A stretch of 64,000 bases of DNA from Akkermansia muciniphila (GCA_945861535.1 CAMAUZ010000005.1:8272-72271); one strand, 5' to 3'. Positions 8,262 through 17,602 are shown, numbered from the stretch's first letter. Notes: generated by a model not told the origin, from the letters alone. Made by a program: numbers and translations.

Positions 8262-8397
8262 GTGGGTCAGGCTTCCAGCCTGACGATTCGGGCGGCATCC
8301 TTGCCGCCCGTTCCCTTGGCGGGGGTGCGGTGCGGCGGAACCGGGAACTCGGGGCAGGGATGCCCCGAGAACCGGCAGGCAAGGATGCCTGCCCCAC
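8262..8397. repeat. REPIN-like four-hairpin element, family 2, copy 1 (136 bp)
   Basis: Runs from GTGGGTCAGGCTTCCAGCCTGAC to GGCAGGCAAGGATGCCTGCCCCAC. Its termini are inverted, and a second 136-bp copy lies at 56349-56484. Confidence 0.85.
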
Positions 8398-8423
8398 GCA
8401 CCAGCACGCCCGCGCCCCTGGGT

Positions 8424-10838
8424 TCAGGGGATCGCGTTGATGGTGTGCATGACCTGCGCGGTGAGCGTGGTGCCGGCGGCGGTCTTAAGGTTGCTGAAGC
8501 CGATGGACTGCTGCATGACGGGCTTCAGGCCAACGATCTCGAGGGTGACGGTCTTGCCGTCGGCGGAGAGTTTCGCGGATTTGAACTCGAGTTTGTCGTG
8601 GCCTTTTTTCTCGGGGTCGGCGACGGAGAACTCGGGCGAGCCGTAGTTGCTGGTGCGTTTGTAATTCCAGCGTTCGCCTTTGTAGTTCTGGAGGTCTTCA
8701 GCGGCGGCCTTGTCGAGCGCGGTGGTGAAGGTGAGGGCGACGGCGGATTTCGTGACCTTCAGGCCGGAGACCATCTGCACGGGCTTGCCGGTGTAGCGGA
8801 TGCGGTCGAGGCCGCCTTCTTTCGCAGCGTTGCTCTGCCAACCGCGGAGGCCGGCGTTGTAGAGCTGGCCATCGACGGGATTGAAACGCGGGCGCATGGC
8901 GGAGGAGGTGAACTTGAGCGGGAACTTCACAACGCCGCCTTGCATGAGGCCGTTGACCTCTTCCTTCACGACGAGATAGAGCGAGGACTGGCCGTAGGAG
9001 GTGTGGAGCATTTCGCCTTTGAACGGCCCCCATTTGTCGCTGGTGACCCAGGCCTGTCCGCCGCCGGAGTTGTCCCAGTTTTTCGGCAGCCAGCAGAGCG
9101 GCGGGATGAAGGACTTCACGTCCTTGCCATGGGCGAGATCCTCGACGCCGTGGAAGCCGCCGGGCTTGACCCAGTTGATCGGGCACATGGGCACCCAGGT
9201 GCCTTCGTTGTCGCCGGTGGTCACCTGGCCCTCGGGGCTGACGCCGATGCCGTTGGGCGCGCGGAGGCCGGTGGCGTAAACGGTGAGCTTCTCGCCGTAC
9301 TTGTCGATCTTGAGGAGGCTGCCGGCGTGGGCGCTGACGTCGCCATTGCCGCCGCCGCCGCCGAAGCCGCGGCCGCCGCCTTTCACCGGGCCGGCCTTCG
9401 CGGTGTAGAAATTGCCGTCGCGGTCGGTGTGGAGATCGAAGACGAATTCGTGGAAGCCCGGCGAGCTGGTGATCTCGTTGTTGAAGTTCTCGTAGTAGTC
9501 GGCCTCGCCGTCGTGATTGCTGTCGAGGTAGCGCGTGATCTGGTCGCGGCCGGTGGTGTAGATGACGTCATCGACAATCTTCAGGCCGAGCGTCTCGAAA
9601 CCGCCGGAGGCGAAGCGGGTCCAGGTGAGCTTGTCGAGTTTCTCGTTGATGCCGGAGACGATCCAGATGTCGCCGTCCCACGTGCTGAGTGCGGCGCGCT
9701 TGCCATCGGAGAAAAAGTCGAGGCCGCCGAAACGCACGCGGCGGTTCCACGGATTGGGCACGGGCGGCGTGAGCATGTCGGTCACATACGCGCCATCGGG
9801 TGTGCTGGTGCTGGCGAGGACGCCGGTGGTGATGACGGGTTCGGGCCAATGTTTTGGGCCGCCTTTGGAGTAATCGACCATCGCGGGCGCACCGGCGACG
9901 AGCGCGGCGAATTTGTCCGCGGACGCGGCGGCACCGCGCCACAGTACGAGCTTGAAGAGCGACGCCGGCGTGCCGGCGGGGATGTTCAGCACGAGCCGAT
10001 TGGTGGCGGTGACGGCGAGAGTCACGCCCGCAGGCGCGCCACCGAGTGCGGCGATGGTGGCGAGTTCACCAGCGGTGAGGGTGACGTGGGGGCCGTCGGC
10101 TTTGGCGGTCGCGCCCTCGACTTCGCACACGGCCATGGTGAGCGCGGTTTTGGTGGCGTCGATTTTGAAGGTGCGGACGAAGGCGGTTTCGCCGTCTTTT
10201 TCCACGCTGCCGGGCTGTTCGAGAATCTTCGTGCCGTGGACGGTGTAGGCGAGGACGAGGTCGGGGCCGACGACGTGCATGCCGTCCCAGCGGCACCAGG
10301 TGCGCGGGAGCGGGCCGAAGGGTTCGGCGCGCGGATCTTTGAACGAGCCGTCTTTGTCCGCCCAGCCGGGCATCTGGCGCAGGCCGAATTTCTGTTCGCC
10401 CGAAATTTCAGGATGCCCGCCGTGCGAACCATCGAAGGTGACGCCCTTGGCGGAGATGAAGCCGACGAGAGCGGGGCCGCCCTTGCCCTGAGTCGTGCCG
10501 CTGGTCCAGCCGGCGGACATGCGGAGCAGATCGGTGTCGAAGCACATGAAGGCCTCGTTGCCAAGGATCATGGCGATGCCTTTGTTGGCCTTGTTGTTGG
10601 CGGGGAATTTCGCGCCGATGCAGGCCTTCTGATAGGGAAAGTCGGACTGGATGAGCGTGGACTTGGTTTCTTTCCAGGATTTTTTGGCGGCCTTGGCCGG
10701 GGCGTCGGCGGCGCTGAGGACGCTGACGGCGGCGAGGCAAGCGACGGCTCCAAGGAGGACGGCGGATTGCACGACGTGGCGGCGGGAAGGGAAGTGCCGG
10801 CGGGAAAACAAAGCGATGGGACGCGGTGTGGTGGACAT
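8424..10838 (-). CDS. Large secreted/anchored protein with a probable beta-propeller (sugar-dehydrogenase-like) C-terminal region, PVC type
   Basis: ORF 8424..10904. ATG at 10838 gives MSTTPRPIALFSRRHFPSRRHVVQSAVLLGAVACLAAVSVLSA. Later segments resemble SGL/NHL-type propeller blades: FYTAKAGPVKGG...LLKIDKYGEKLTVYATGLRAPNGIGVSPEGQVTTGDNEG. It has no CxxCH. The function is inferred only. Confidence 0.6.
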   Translation of the reverse strand: MSTTPRPIALFSRRHFPSRRHVVQSAVLLGAVACLAAVSVLSAADAPAKAAKKSWKETKSTLIQSDFPYQKACIGAKFPANNKANKGIAMILGNEAFMCFDTDLLRMSAGWTSGTTQGKGGPALVGFISAKGVTFDGSHGGHPEISGEQKFGLRQMPGWADKDGSFKDPRAEPFGPLPRTWCRWDGMHVVGPDLVLAYTVHGTKILEQPGSVEKDGETAFVRTFKIDATKTALTMAVCEVEGATAKADGPHVTLTAGELATIAALGGAPAGVTLAVTATNRLVLNIPAGTPASLFKLVLWRGAAASADKFAALVAGAPAMVDYSKGGPKHWPEPVITTGVLASTSTPDGAYVTDMLTPPVPNPWNRRVRFGGLDFFSDGKRAALSTWDGDIWIVSGINEKLDKLTWTRFASGGFETLGLKIVDDVIYTTGRDQITRYLDSNHDGEADYYENFNNEITSSPGFHEFVFDLHTDRDGNFYTAKAGPVKGGGRGFGGGGGNGDVSAHAGSLLKIDKYGEKLTVYATGLRAPNGIGVSPEGQVTTGDNEGTWVPMCPINWVKPGGFHGVEDLAHGKDVKSFIPPLCWLPKNWDNSGGGQAWVTSDKWGPFKGEMLHTSYGQSSLYLVVKEEVNGLMQGGVVKFPLKFTSSAMRPRFNPVDGQLYNAGLRGWQSNAAKEGGLDRIRYTGKPVQMVSGLKVTKSAVALTFTTALDKAAAEDLQNYKGERWNYKRTSNYGSPEFSVADPEKKGHDKLEFKSAKLSADGKTVTLEIVGLKPVMQQSIGFSNLKTAAGTTLTAQVMHTINAIP

Positions 10839-11046
10839 GATTTTGCGGGCTGACAAACGGTAAAAGAGCCGATGAAACGGGGCTGCAGCGATGGCTGCGA
10901 CCAACCTTCGGAAAATCGGCGCGGGCTTCGACCTGAGGGGATTCGGGTTAATTCATAAGGCGGGCGGGCGGGGCCGGGAGAGTCGTTTCCCCGCCAGCGA
11001 CGCGGCGGGCGCCGAGGGAAAATGGGCGGGGCGAGCCGTCTCAAGG

Positions 11047-11853
11047 CTAGATGGTCTGGCTCAGGAACCCGCCGTCCACGCGCAGATCGGTGCCGGTGAC
11101 GAAGCTGCTGGCGCGCGAACTGGCGAGGAAAACGACCGCGCCAACCAGCTCGTGGGCTTCGCCGAAGCGGTTCATCGGCGTGTGGCCCCAGATGGATTTG
11201 GTGCGCGCGGTGGGCGAGCCGTCGTCGTTGAAGAGGAGTTTGCGGTTCTGTTCGGCGGGGAAGAAGCCGGGGGTGAGCGTGTTCACGCGGACGCCTTTGG
11301 GCGCCCATTCGCGGGCGAGGAACAGGGACAGGCTCAGCACCGCCGCCTTCGACGCGGAGTACGCGACCACGCGCGAGAGCGGCAGATGCGCGGAGACGCT
11401 GGCGATGTTGATGATGCTGCCGCGCCCGCGCGCGCACAGGCCGGGGCCGAATTCCTGACACGGCAGCACGACTCCGCCGACGAGGTTGAGATCGAAGTTT
11501 GCGTGCCAGTCCTGCAACGCGATCTGCTCGAAAGGGCGCTCGGCGGTGACGGTGACCTTCGGGTCGTTGCCGCCGGCGGCGTTCACAAGAATAGTCGGCG
11601 CGCCGAGCTGGTTCTGAATGGCCTGATGCGCGGCCGTGAGGCTGGCACGGTCCACGGCATCGGCGGCGAAGAAGGCCGCGGTCCCGCCGGCGTCGCGGAT
11701 TTTTTTCACGCGCGCCTCGCCGCGTTCGGCATTGCGGCCGAGCACCGCGACCTTTGCGCCCGCAGCCGCCAGCCCCTCCGCCAACGCGCCGCCCAACACA
11801 CCCGTCGCGCCAATGACGACGGCAACTTCCCCACTGAGATCAAAAAGATTCAT
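11047..11853 (-). CDS. SDR-family oxidoreductase
   Basis: ORF 11047..11997. ATG at 11853 gives MNLFDLSGEVAVVIGATGVLGGALAEGLAAAGAKVAVLGRN. The catalytic YSASK motif is present. Confidence 0.85.
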   Translation of the reverse strand: MNLFDLSGEVAVVIGATGVLGGALAEGLAAAGAKVAVLGRNAERGEARVKKIRDAGGTAAFFAADAVDRASLTAAHQAIQNQLGAPTILVNAAGGNDPKVTVTAERPFEQIALQDWHANFDLNLVGGVVLPCQEFGPGLCARGRGSIINIASVSAHLPLSRVVAYSASKAAVLSLSLFLAREWAPKGVRVNTLTPGFFPAEQNRKLLFNDDGSPTARTKSIWGHTPMNRFGEAHELVGAVVFLASSRASSFVTGTDLRVDGGFLSQTI

Positions 11854-11955
11854 AAAGCGGCGCGATAGTGCGACAGGGAGAGCGTGCCGGTGAAGGGAAA
11901 TTTTCCGCGCGACCCGTCGGTTCAGCTCGTCTGGATGCCCGCAGCGAAGGCCGAA

Positions 11956-12121
11956 GAAGCTCCAAGAACAAAGCTCAAAGCTCAAGGGAAGCGCCAAGAA
12001 CCAACAGGAGCCAAGACCAACAAAGTGCGATTGGCCAAGAAATCGTCGCGCCTCCGAAATCGAGCTTGGAACTTGGATTCTGGAGCTTCCCTTGAGCTTT
12101 AAGCTTTGTTCTTGGAGCTTC
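11956..12121. repeat. 37-bp inverted repeat (36/37 match) around a 92-bp spacer in a divergent promoter region
   Basis: Left arm GAAGCTCCAAGAACAAAGCTCAAAGCTCAAGGGAAGC (11956-11992). Right arm GCTTCCCTTGAGCTTTAAGCTTTGTTCTTGGAGCTTC (12085-12121). Related half-motifs occur at 49660-49686 and 51431-51470. Confidence 0.85.
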
Positions 12122-12174
12122 GCCGCGGAACTACCTCTGGCCCCGCCGCGCGGTTTCCTCTACGGTCCCGCGCC

Positions 12175-13119
12175 ATGACAGCATTGCCGAAGCCCGACAT
12201 TATTTTCACCCACGAGAGCGATCTGGACGGCTTGGTGGCGGGCGTGTTGTTGCAACGGCTCGCGCAAAAACTCTTCGGCGTGAAAGTCCCGCTCGCCGCG
12301 TACAATTACACCGCGTGGAAACAACGCGCCCTGACCGAGCGCTGCGCATGGGTGACCGACTTCAATCTCGAGCCGCGGCTGGACAAACCCAACTGGGTCA
12401 TCATCGACCACCACACGACGGACTTCGTGCCCAAGCAGGCCATCGTGATCCATGACCTGAAAAAATCCGCCGGCCTGCTCTGCTACGAACTCTGTCAGCC
12501 TCACGGCATGGCAACCCCGGCGTTGGACCGGCTCGTGCGGCTCAACAACATTGCCGACTTGTTTCTCGAGGAGGATCCCGATTTTGCGCTCGCGCTCGAT
12601 TACGCGAACCTGGTGAAGACCTACCAGTTCTGGAATTTGCACACGCTGCTCAACGGCGAAATCGAACGCCTGCTCGATCATCCACTGCTCGAAGTCATCG
12701 CGGTAAAACGGCGCATTGAAGACCCAATCGGACTGAACTGGAGCCGCTCGAAGATCACCCAGATCATGCCCGGCGTCGGCTACGTGGATACGATCATCGG
12801 CAATGTGAATCTCATCGTTCACCAGTTGCTCGAGCAGCAGTCCACGCCCTACACGATCCTCGTGACGCTCTTTCGCAAGGCCAACAATGTCTTCATCGTC
12901 AGCCTCCGCAGCCGCAACGGCGAGGCCCTGAAAGTGGCCGCGCTCATCCAGGGCGGCGGTCATCCCAACGCCGCCGGCGCGACCTTGCCGCGCTCCGTCC
13001 AGTCCGAAGCCGATGCCATCGAGTATCTCCGCAAAGTACTCAACCCCACGGCGCGCAAGGAAACCCAGATCAACAATCTCGGCAGCCTGTTCGCGGAATT
13101 GGATCTGGGAGTGAAGTAG
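12175..13119 (+). CDS. DHH/DHHA1-family phosphoesterase (NrnA-like)
   Basis: ORF 12106..13119. ATG at 12175 gives MTALPKPDIIFTHESDLDGLVAG. It carries the DHH motif VIIDHHTTD and the DHHA1 motif GGGHPNAAG. Confidence 0.8.
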   Translation: MTALPKPDIIFTHESDLDGLVAGVLLQRLAQKLFGVKVPLAAYNYTAWKQRALTERCAWVTDFNLEPRLDKPNWVIIDHHTTDFVPKQAIVIHDLKKSAGLLCYELCQPHGMATPALDRLVRLNNIADLFLEEDPDFALALDYANLVKTYQFWNLHTLLNGEIERLLDHPLLEVIAVKRRIEDPIGLNWSRSKITQIMPGVGYVDTIIGNVNLIVHQLLEQQSTPYTILVTLFRKANNVFIVSLRSRNGEALKVAALIQGGGHPNAAGATLPRSVQSEADAIEYLRKVLNPTARKETQINNLGSLFAELDLGVK

Positions 13120-13219
13120 GGACGGGCCGGTGCGGCGGGGCGCGCTCGCGGGCCGGGTGCCATCGCATTCCTCACTGAGGGGCGACGGCGACGGCAAAAA
13201 ATACTGGGAGATTTCCGTG

Positions 13220-14176
13220 TTATCGGTTCACCACGTTCTGCGGCGTGCCCGCGATAAAGGCCCGCAGATTCGCCACGGTCATGTCCAGCAACCGCGTCCG
13301 CGCCGCCTTGGTCGCCCAAGCGATGTGCGGTGTGACGACGCAGTTCTTCGCGGCGAGCAACGGATTGTCCGCCGGCGGTGGCTCGACCGAGAGGACATCC
13401 AAGGCGGCTCCGGCGATCTGACCGCTGTTCAACGCTCGCGCCAACGCCGCGTCATCGATGAGCGGACCGCGACTGGTGTTCAGGAGAAAGGCCGAGGGCT
13501 TCATCAGCGCGAGTCGCTCGGCATTGATCAGCCTTTTGGTTTCCGGTGTGAGCGGACAATGCAGGCTGACGACATCGGCGGTGCGAAGCAGCGTCGGCAA
13601 ATCCACCACCCCCACGTTCGCCCCCACCGGCAACGCGCCCGTGCGCGTGGTCGCCAGCACCTTCATGCCGAACGCCTCCGCCAACCGTCCCACCGCCTGC
13701 CCGATGCGCCCGTAACCCACGATACCGAAGGTCAGCCCATCCAGTTCCACCAAGGGATAATCCCAGTAGCACCAGTCGGGACTGGCCGCCCAGCGGCCGT
13801 CGTGAACCGTCCGGCTGTGATGCCCCGCGCGCTGGGTCAGTTCCAGCAGCAGCGCAAACACCGTCTGCGCCACCGACCGCGTGCCATACGCGGGAACATT
13901 CGTGACGGGAATTCCCCGTGCTTTCGCCGCCGCCACCTCGACCACGTTGAAACCCGTCGCCGTCACGCCGATGTATTTCAGTCTCGGCAATTGCTCAATA
14001 GTCTCGCGGTTCAGCAGGGTCTTGTTGGTGATCAGTGCGTCCGCGTCTGCGGCGCGCGCGAGCAACTCCGCCGCCGACGTGCGGTCATAGATTCGGCAAT
14101 CCCCCAACGCCTGCAAGCCCGCCCAGTTCAAGTCACCGGGATTCAACGTGTGCCCGTCCAAAACGACAATGTTCAT
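13220..14176 (-). CDS. D-2-hydroxyacid dehydrogenase (glycerate dehydrogenase / hydroxypyruvate reductase-like)
   Basis: Starts MNIVVLDGHTLNPGDL. NAD-binding motif GIVGYGRIGQAVGRLAEAFGMKV. Also LLNTSRGPLID and TPHIAWAT. Confidence 0.85.
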   Translation of the reverse strand: MNIVVLDGHTLNPGDLNWAGLQALGDCRIYDRTSAAELLARAADADALITNKTLLNRETIEQLPRLKYIGVTATGFNVVEVAAAKARGIPVTNVPAYGTRSVAQTVFALLLELTQRAGHHSRTVHDGRWAASPDWCYWDYPLVELDGLTFGIVGYGRIGQAVGRLAEAFGMKVLATTRTGALPVGANVGVVDLPTLLRTADVVSLHCPLTPETKRLINAERLALMKPSAFLLNTSRGPLIDDAALARALNSGQIAGAALDVLSVEPPPADNPLLAAKNCVVTPHIAWATKAARTRLLDMTVANLRAFIAGTPQNVVNR

Positions 14177-14307
14177 GCGCTCGATTCAAACAGAACGGCC
14201 AGACCGCTCAATCACTAACCGTGGTGGGTGGAATTTCCGGACAGCTATCCGAGACTCAAATCCAGCGACCTAACTCCGGCCGTCACTTGGAATGCCGAAC
14301 TCAAAAC

Positions 14308-14400
14308 CACTAACCGGCACGAATGAGATACCAATCCCACCGCACCCGGAGAGAGATCGGTTTGGGTGTCTTATTAGCACCAACTCGTGCCAGTTAGCGG
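14308..14400. repeat. Inverted pair of CACTAACYGGCAC motifs
   Basis: CCACTAACCGGCACGAATGA (14308-) faces CAACTCGTGCCAGTTAGCGG (-14400). The same motif occurs in tandem at 50781-50812. Confidence 0.6.
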
Positions 14401-14447
14401 TGATAACTGGTTCGTCGTTCCAGATAAATCATCGACGCCGAATAGTC

Positions 14448-15857
14448 TCATGCTTTCATTGACATCCACTTCACCGGCGCAGTGTCTTCGGGCAGGGGTT
14501 GCCCCTTGGTTTCACGCAGGAAAAACACCACGATGAGTCCCAGCAGGAACACCAGACTCATCCCGCCGCAGGCGTCGCGAAACGCGGCCAGCTTGGCCTC
14601 GGGCGTAGGATTGACGCCAGCAAACCAGACTGTCATCTGGCCTTGCAGAAACGGTCCGCAAGCCGCGATGAACCGGCCGACGTTATAGCAGAAGCTGGTT
14701 CCCGTGCTGCGCAGGCGGGTGGGAAACAACTCGGGCAGATAGATGGCAAAGCCTGCAAACAGCGCAAGCTGACAGAAGCCCATGACAAAACTCATCCAGA
14801 TGTCGCCCTTACCATTGAAGAGTTGGAAGTAGCCGACGGTGGCGACGAACGCGGCCACGAACGCGACACTGAAGGCGGGTCTGCGTCCCCAACGTTGCGC
14901 CGCCCGTGTGAAAGCCATCATGCCGCAGAAGGCCCCTAGGTTCTGCACGATCATGTTCACCCCCGACCACACCGTCTTGGCCTTGGCTATCTTGTCGGGA
15001 GCTACCCCATCCTTCTTGAGTGAACGTTCCAGCACATCGCCGACCAATTCGGGACTGAAAAACCCGATCCCCCAGAGACCGACCACCCCCGCGATGCAGA
15101 GACACATGCCCAGCAGCGCCGGTCGCCGCCAGCGCGCTTCACCGAAGAGCGAGGCATAGGATCCAAACTTTGCCCCGGTAAGTTTGCCTTCGGCACGGGC
15201 CTTCACCCATTTCTCCGGTTCCTTCAATCGCAGGAGAATAAACACACAGAGGAAGGCTGGCAGCGCTCCGATGAGAAACATGTATTTCCACGCCATACCC
15301 GCCGGGATGGTCGTGCCTTCGAGATTGCCCAACACAATCGCCACACAGCCGGCCATGATATTCCCCACCGCAGAAAGCGCCTGGAGCAAACCCAAGGCAC
15401 CGGTCCGCGAACGCTCGGGGAGACTATCCGCCACCAATGCCACTGAGAGACCAAAGACACCACCCACTCCCAGGCCGGTGATGAACCGGTAGATTGCGAA
15501 ATCGATCCAACCCGTGGAAAAAGCCGACAGCCCGGTGCAGACGGAGTAGAGAAGCACCGTGAATGCGAGGGTTTTCGCCCGGCCAATCCGATCACCGACC
15601 GCGCCAAAGATCAGCCCCCCCGTCGCCCATCCGGCCACAAAAATGGTAGTCGCATAGCCGCCGTAGAGTTTCGGATCCATCCCGGGCGCGAGCAGCTTTT
15701 TCATCGCACCGCTCCGGGCCAGCAGGAACAACTGTTGGTCCAGACAGTCGAAGAGCCAGGCGAGGCACGCCACGGCAAAGACAAACCAATGATACGGGGT
15801 CAGGCCATGCCGCCACGACTGAGTGTCGGTGGGCGAGTTATCGGTAGCAGAACTCAT
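14448..15857 (-). CDS. MFS transporter
   Basis: 469 aa with a multi-TM hydrophobic profile and the MFS signature GAVGDRIGRAKTL. Confidence 0.85.
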   Translation of the reverse strand: MSSATDNSPTDTQSWRHGLTPYHWFVFAVACLAWLFDCLDQQLFLLARSGAMKKLLAPGMDPKLYGGYATTIFVAGWATGGLIFGAVGDRIGRAKTLAFTVLLYSVCTGLSAFSTGWIDFAIYRFITGLGVGGVFGLSVALVADSLPERSRTGALGLLQALSAVGNIMAGCVAIVLGNLEGTTIPAGMAWKYMFLIGALPAFLCVFILLRLKEPEKWVKARAEGKLTGAKFGSYASLFGEARWRRPALLGMCLCIAGVVGLWGIGFFSPELVGDVLERSLKKDGVAPDKIAKAKTVWSGVNMIVQNLGAFCGMMAFTRAAQRWGRRPAFSVAFVAAFVATVGYFQLFNGKGDIWMSFVMGFCQLALFAGFAIYLPELFPTRLRSTGTSFCYNVGRFIAACGPFLQGQMTVWFAGVNPTPEAKLAAFRDACGGMSLVFLLGLIVVFFLRETKGQPLPEDTAPVKWMSMKA

Positions 15858-15936
15858 CAGGTGTTTGGGTTAACGGTGACTGCTCAACTTTAGCACACGG
15901 CTTCCGGGAGCGGGCAAGGCATATCTTGACCGATTG

Positions 15937-15969
15937 AAACAAAAAGGCCCGTTCGCAAGCGAACGGGCC
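15937..15969 (-). terminator. Rho-independent terminator closing the ribosomal supercluster
   Basis: Minus strand reads GGCCCGTTCGC-tt-GCGAACGGGCC followed by TTTTTGTTT. It lies about 20 nt after the rplQ stop (15990). Confidence 0.85.
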
Positions 15970-15989
15970 ATCTGAATTATCCCAACCGA

Positions 15990-16472
15990 TCAAGCTGTCT
16001 TGGCTGGCTCCGGCGCGGCCACGGTGGCATCGGCGGCTGTCTCGGCCGTCGCCACCCACTCGAGGATGACCATTTCGGCCACGTCACCCCGGCGCGGTCC
16101 GAGCTTCACAATGCGGGTGTAACCGCCGCGGCGCTCCTTGAACAATGGCGCAATGTCATCAAACAGAATCCGTACCACGTCCTCCTCCAAGCGCCATTTC
16201 TCCCGCAGGGTCTTGCCTTTGACCGTCGGCGTCCCGGGGAAGTTGCTGCGGGCCTGCTGCCGCAAGCGCGCCGCCGCCAACCGGCGGTCATGCAGCTTGC
16301 CGCTCTTGCCCAAAGTAACCATTTTCTCCGCCACCGACCGGGCAGCCCGGGCTTTGGCTAGCGTGGTGGTCACCCGCTTGTGTTTGATGAGGCTGCACAC
16401 GAGATTGGCCAGCATCGCATTGCGATGTTCGCCCGTGCGTCCGAGTTTGGCTGTTCGCTTCAGGTGTCGCAT
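15990..16472 (-). CDS. rplQ: 50S ribosomal protein L17 (C-terminal Ala/Thr-rich tail)
   Basis: Starts [29 protein letters not shown]. Located directly after rpoA. Confidence 0.95.
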   Translation of the reverse strand: MRHLKRTAKLGRTGEHRNAMLANLVCSLIKHKRVTTTLAKARAARSVAEKMVTLGKSGKLHDRRLAAARLRQQARSNFPGTPTVKGKTLREKWRLEEDVVRILFDDIAPLFKERRGGYTRIVKLGPRRGDVAEMVILEWVATAETAADATVAAPEPAKTA

Positions 16473-16480
16473 ACAAATCC

Positions 16481-17497
16481 TTAGGTGGCCGGCGCGGGTT
16501 CTTCTTTCGGGGCCTCGAGCAACGCGGCATCGAAGGTCATCCCCAAGCTCAGTCCCAACCCCGTGAGTTTATCCTTAATTTCGTTCAAAGACTTCTTACC
16601 AAAGTTCCGATACTTGAGCATCTCCGCTTCCGACTTCATCGCCAACTGACCCACGGTAGTGATGTTGGCGTTGTTGAGGCAGTTGGCGGCCCGGACTGAG
16701 AGCTCGATCTCATTCACGCTCATATTGAGCAGCTTCTTGAGTTTGGCCTTCTCGTCATCCTGCTTGGTTTCCACCTGCTCAAACTCGATCGCGTTCTTGT
16801 CGTAGCCGACAAACACATCGAGGTGATGCTGGAGAATGGCGGAGGACTGGAGCAGCGCGTCGTCCGGCGTAATGCGTCCGTCGGTCCAGACTTCCAAGAC
16901 CAACCGATCATAGTCGGTACGCTGACCGACACGCGCGCTTTCAACCGCATAGCGAACCCGTGTCACAGGTGAGAACAAAGAATCAATGGCAATGACACCG
17001 ATGGCCTGATCCGTCTTCTTGTTCTCATCGCCGGGGCAGAAACCGCGCCCGATCTTCACCTCAAACTCCATCGTGAATTTCTTCTTCTTGTCGAGCGTGC
17101 AGATCAACTGCTTGGGATTCACCACCTCAATATTCTGATTGAGCTCAATGTCCCCAGCCAAGACCTCACCCTCTTTATTCACCGACAGAATCAGTGTCTG
17201 CGGTTCCCGCGTGTGGCAGGTGAAAAGAATCTTTTTGATGTTCAGAACAATGTCCGTGACATCTTCCTGAACTCCGTCCACCACGGCGAACTCATGCATC
17301 GCCCCGTCGATCTTGATCGACGTGGCCGCCGCACCCTCTAAAGAGGAAAGCAGCACGCGGCGAAGCGAGTTCCCGATGGTATGTCCGTAGCCGGGTTCAA
17401 ACGGCTCGGCGATGAACTTGGCGTAAGTGTCTGTGGCAGTCGCATCTTCCTTCTGCAACCGTTTGGGCTTTTCGAATGGTGCTAGTCGTACCGGCAT
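16481..17497 (-). CDS. rpoA: DNA-directed RNA polymerase subunit alpha
   Basis: ORF 16481..17545 opens with GTG. I prefer the ATG at 17497 ([14 protein letters not shown]...), which places the F-x-KP motif as in E. coli Rpo[19 protein letters not shown] is present. Confidence 0.9.
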   Translation of the reverse strand: MPVRLAPFEKPKRLQKEDATATDTYAKFIAEPFEPGYGHTIGNSLRRVLLSSLEGAAATSIKIDGAMHEFAVVDGVQEDVTDIVLNIKKILFTCHTREPQTLILSVNKEGEVLAGDIELNQNIEVVNPKQLICTLDKKKKFTMEFEVKIGRGFCPGDENKKTDQAIGVIAIDSLFSPVTRVRYAVESARVGQRTDYDRLVLEVWTDGRITPDDALLQSSAILQHHLDVFVGYDKNAIEFEQVETKQDDEKAKLKKLLNMSVNEIELSVRAANCLNNANITTVGQLAMKSEAEMLKYRNFGKKSLNEIKDKLTGLGLSLGMTFDAALLEAPKEEPAPAT

Positions 17498-17602
17498 GGG
17501 TTTGTTGGTGGCAAATTTAATCTGCCCGGCCGGACGTATTCCCACCGTCGCGACGCGGACCTTGTATTTGCCGTTGGCTCTCGATCGAGAGCTTGTTTTG
17601 GA

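Noticed and set aside
8262-10853. 863-aa + strand ORF, the longest unannotated ORF in the track
   Set aside because: It lies fully antisense to the 8424-10838 gene, begins inside the family-2 hairpin repeat (MGQASSL...) and has low-complexity G/A/E/V composition. The same reasoning applies to 3074-3814, 3889-4677, 4637-5269, 6144-7523, 6823-8025, 10891-11868, 12160-13197, 13130-14218, 37039-38364, 41743-42900, 49665-50795, 51453-52859, 53510-54703, 54712-56136, 56624-57439, 57656-58831, 57984-59495, 60155-61471 and similar entries.
17574-17592. 16-bp perfect palindrome GCTCTCGATCGAGAGC between rpsD and rpoA as a terminator
   Set aside because: No U-tract follows it on the coding strand. It may be a processing or binding site, but the evidence is too thin to annotate.
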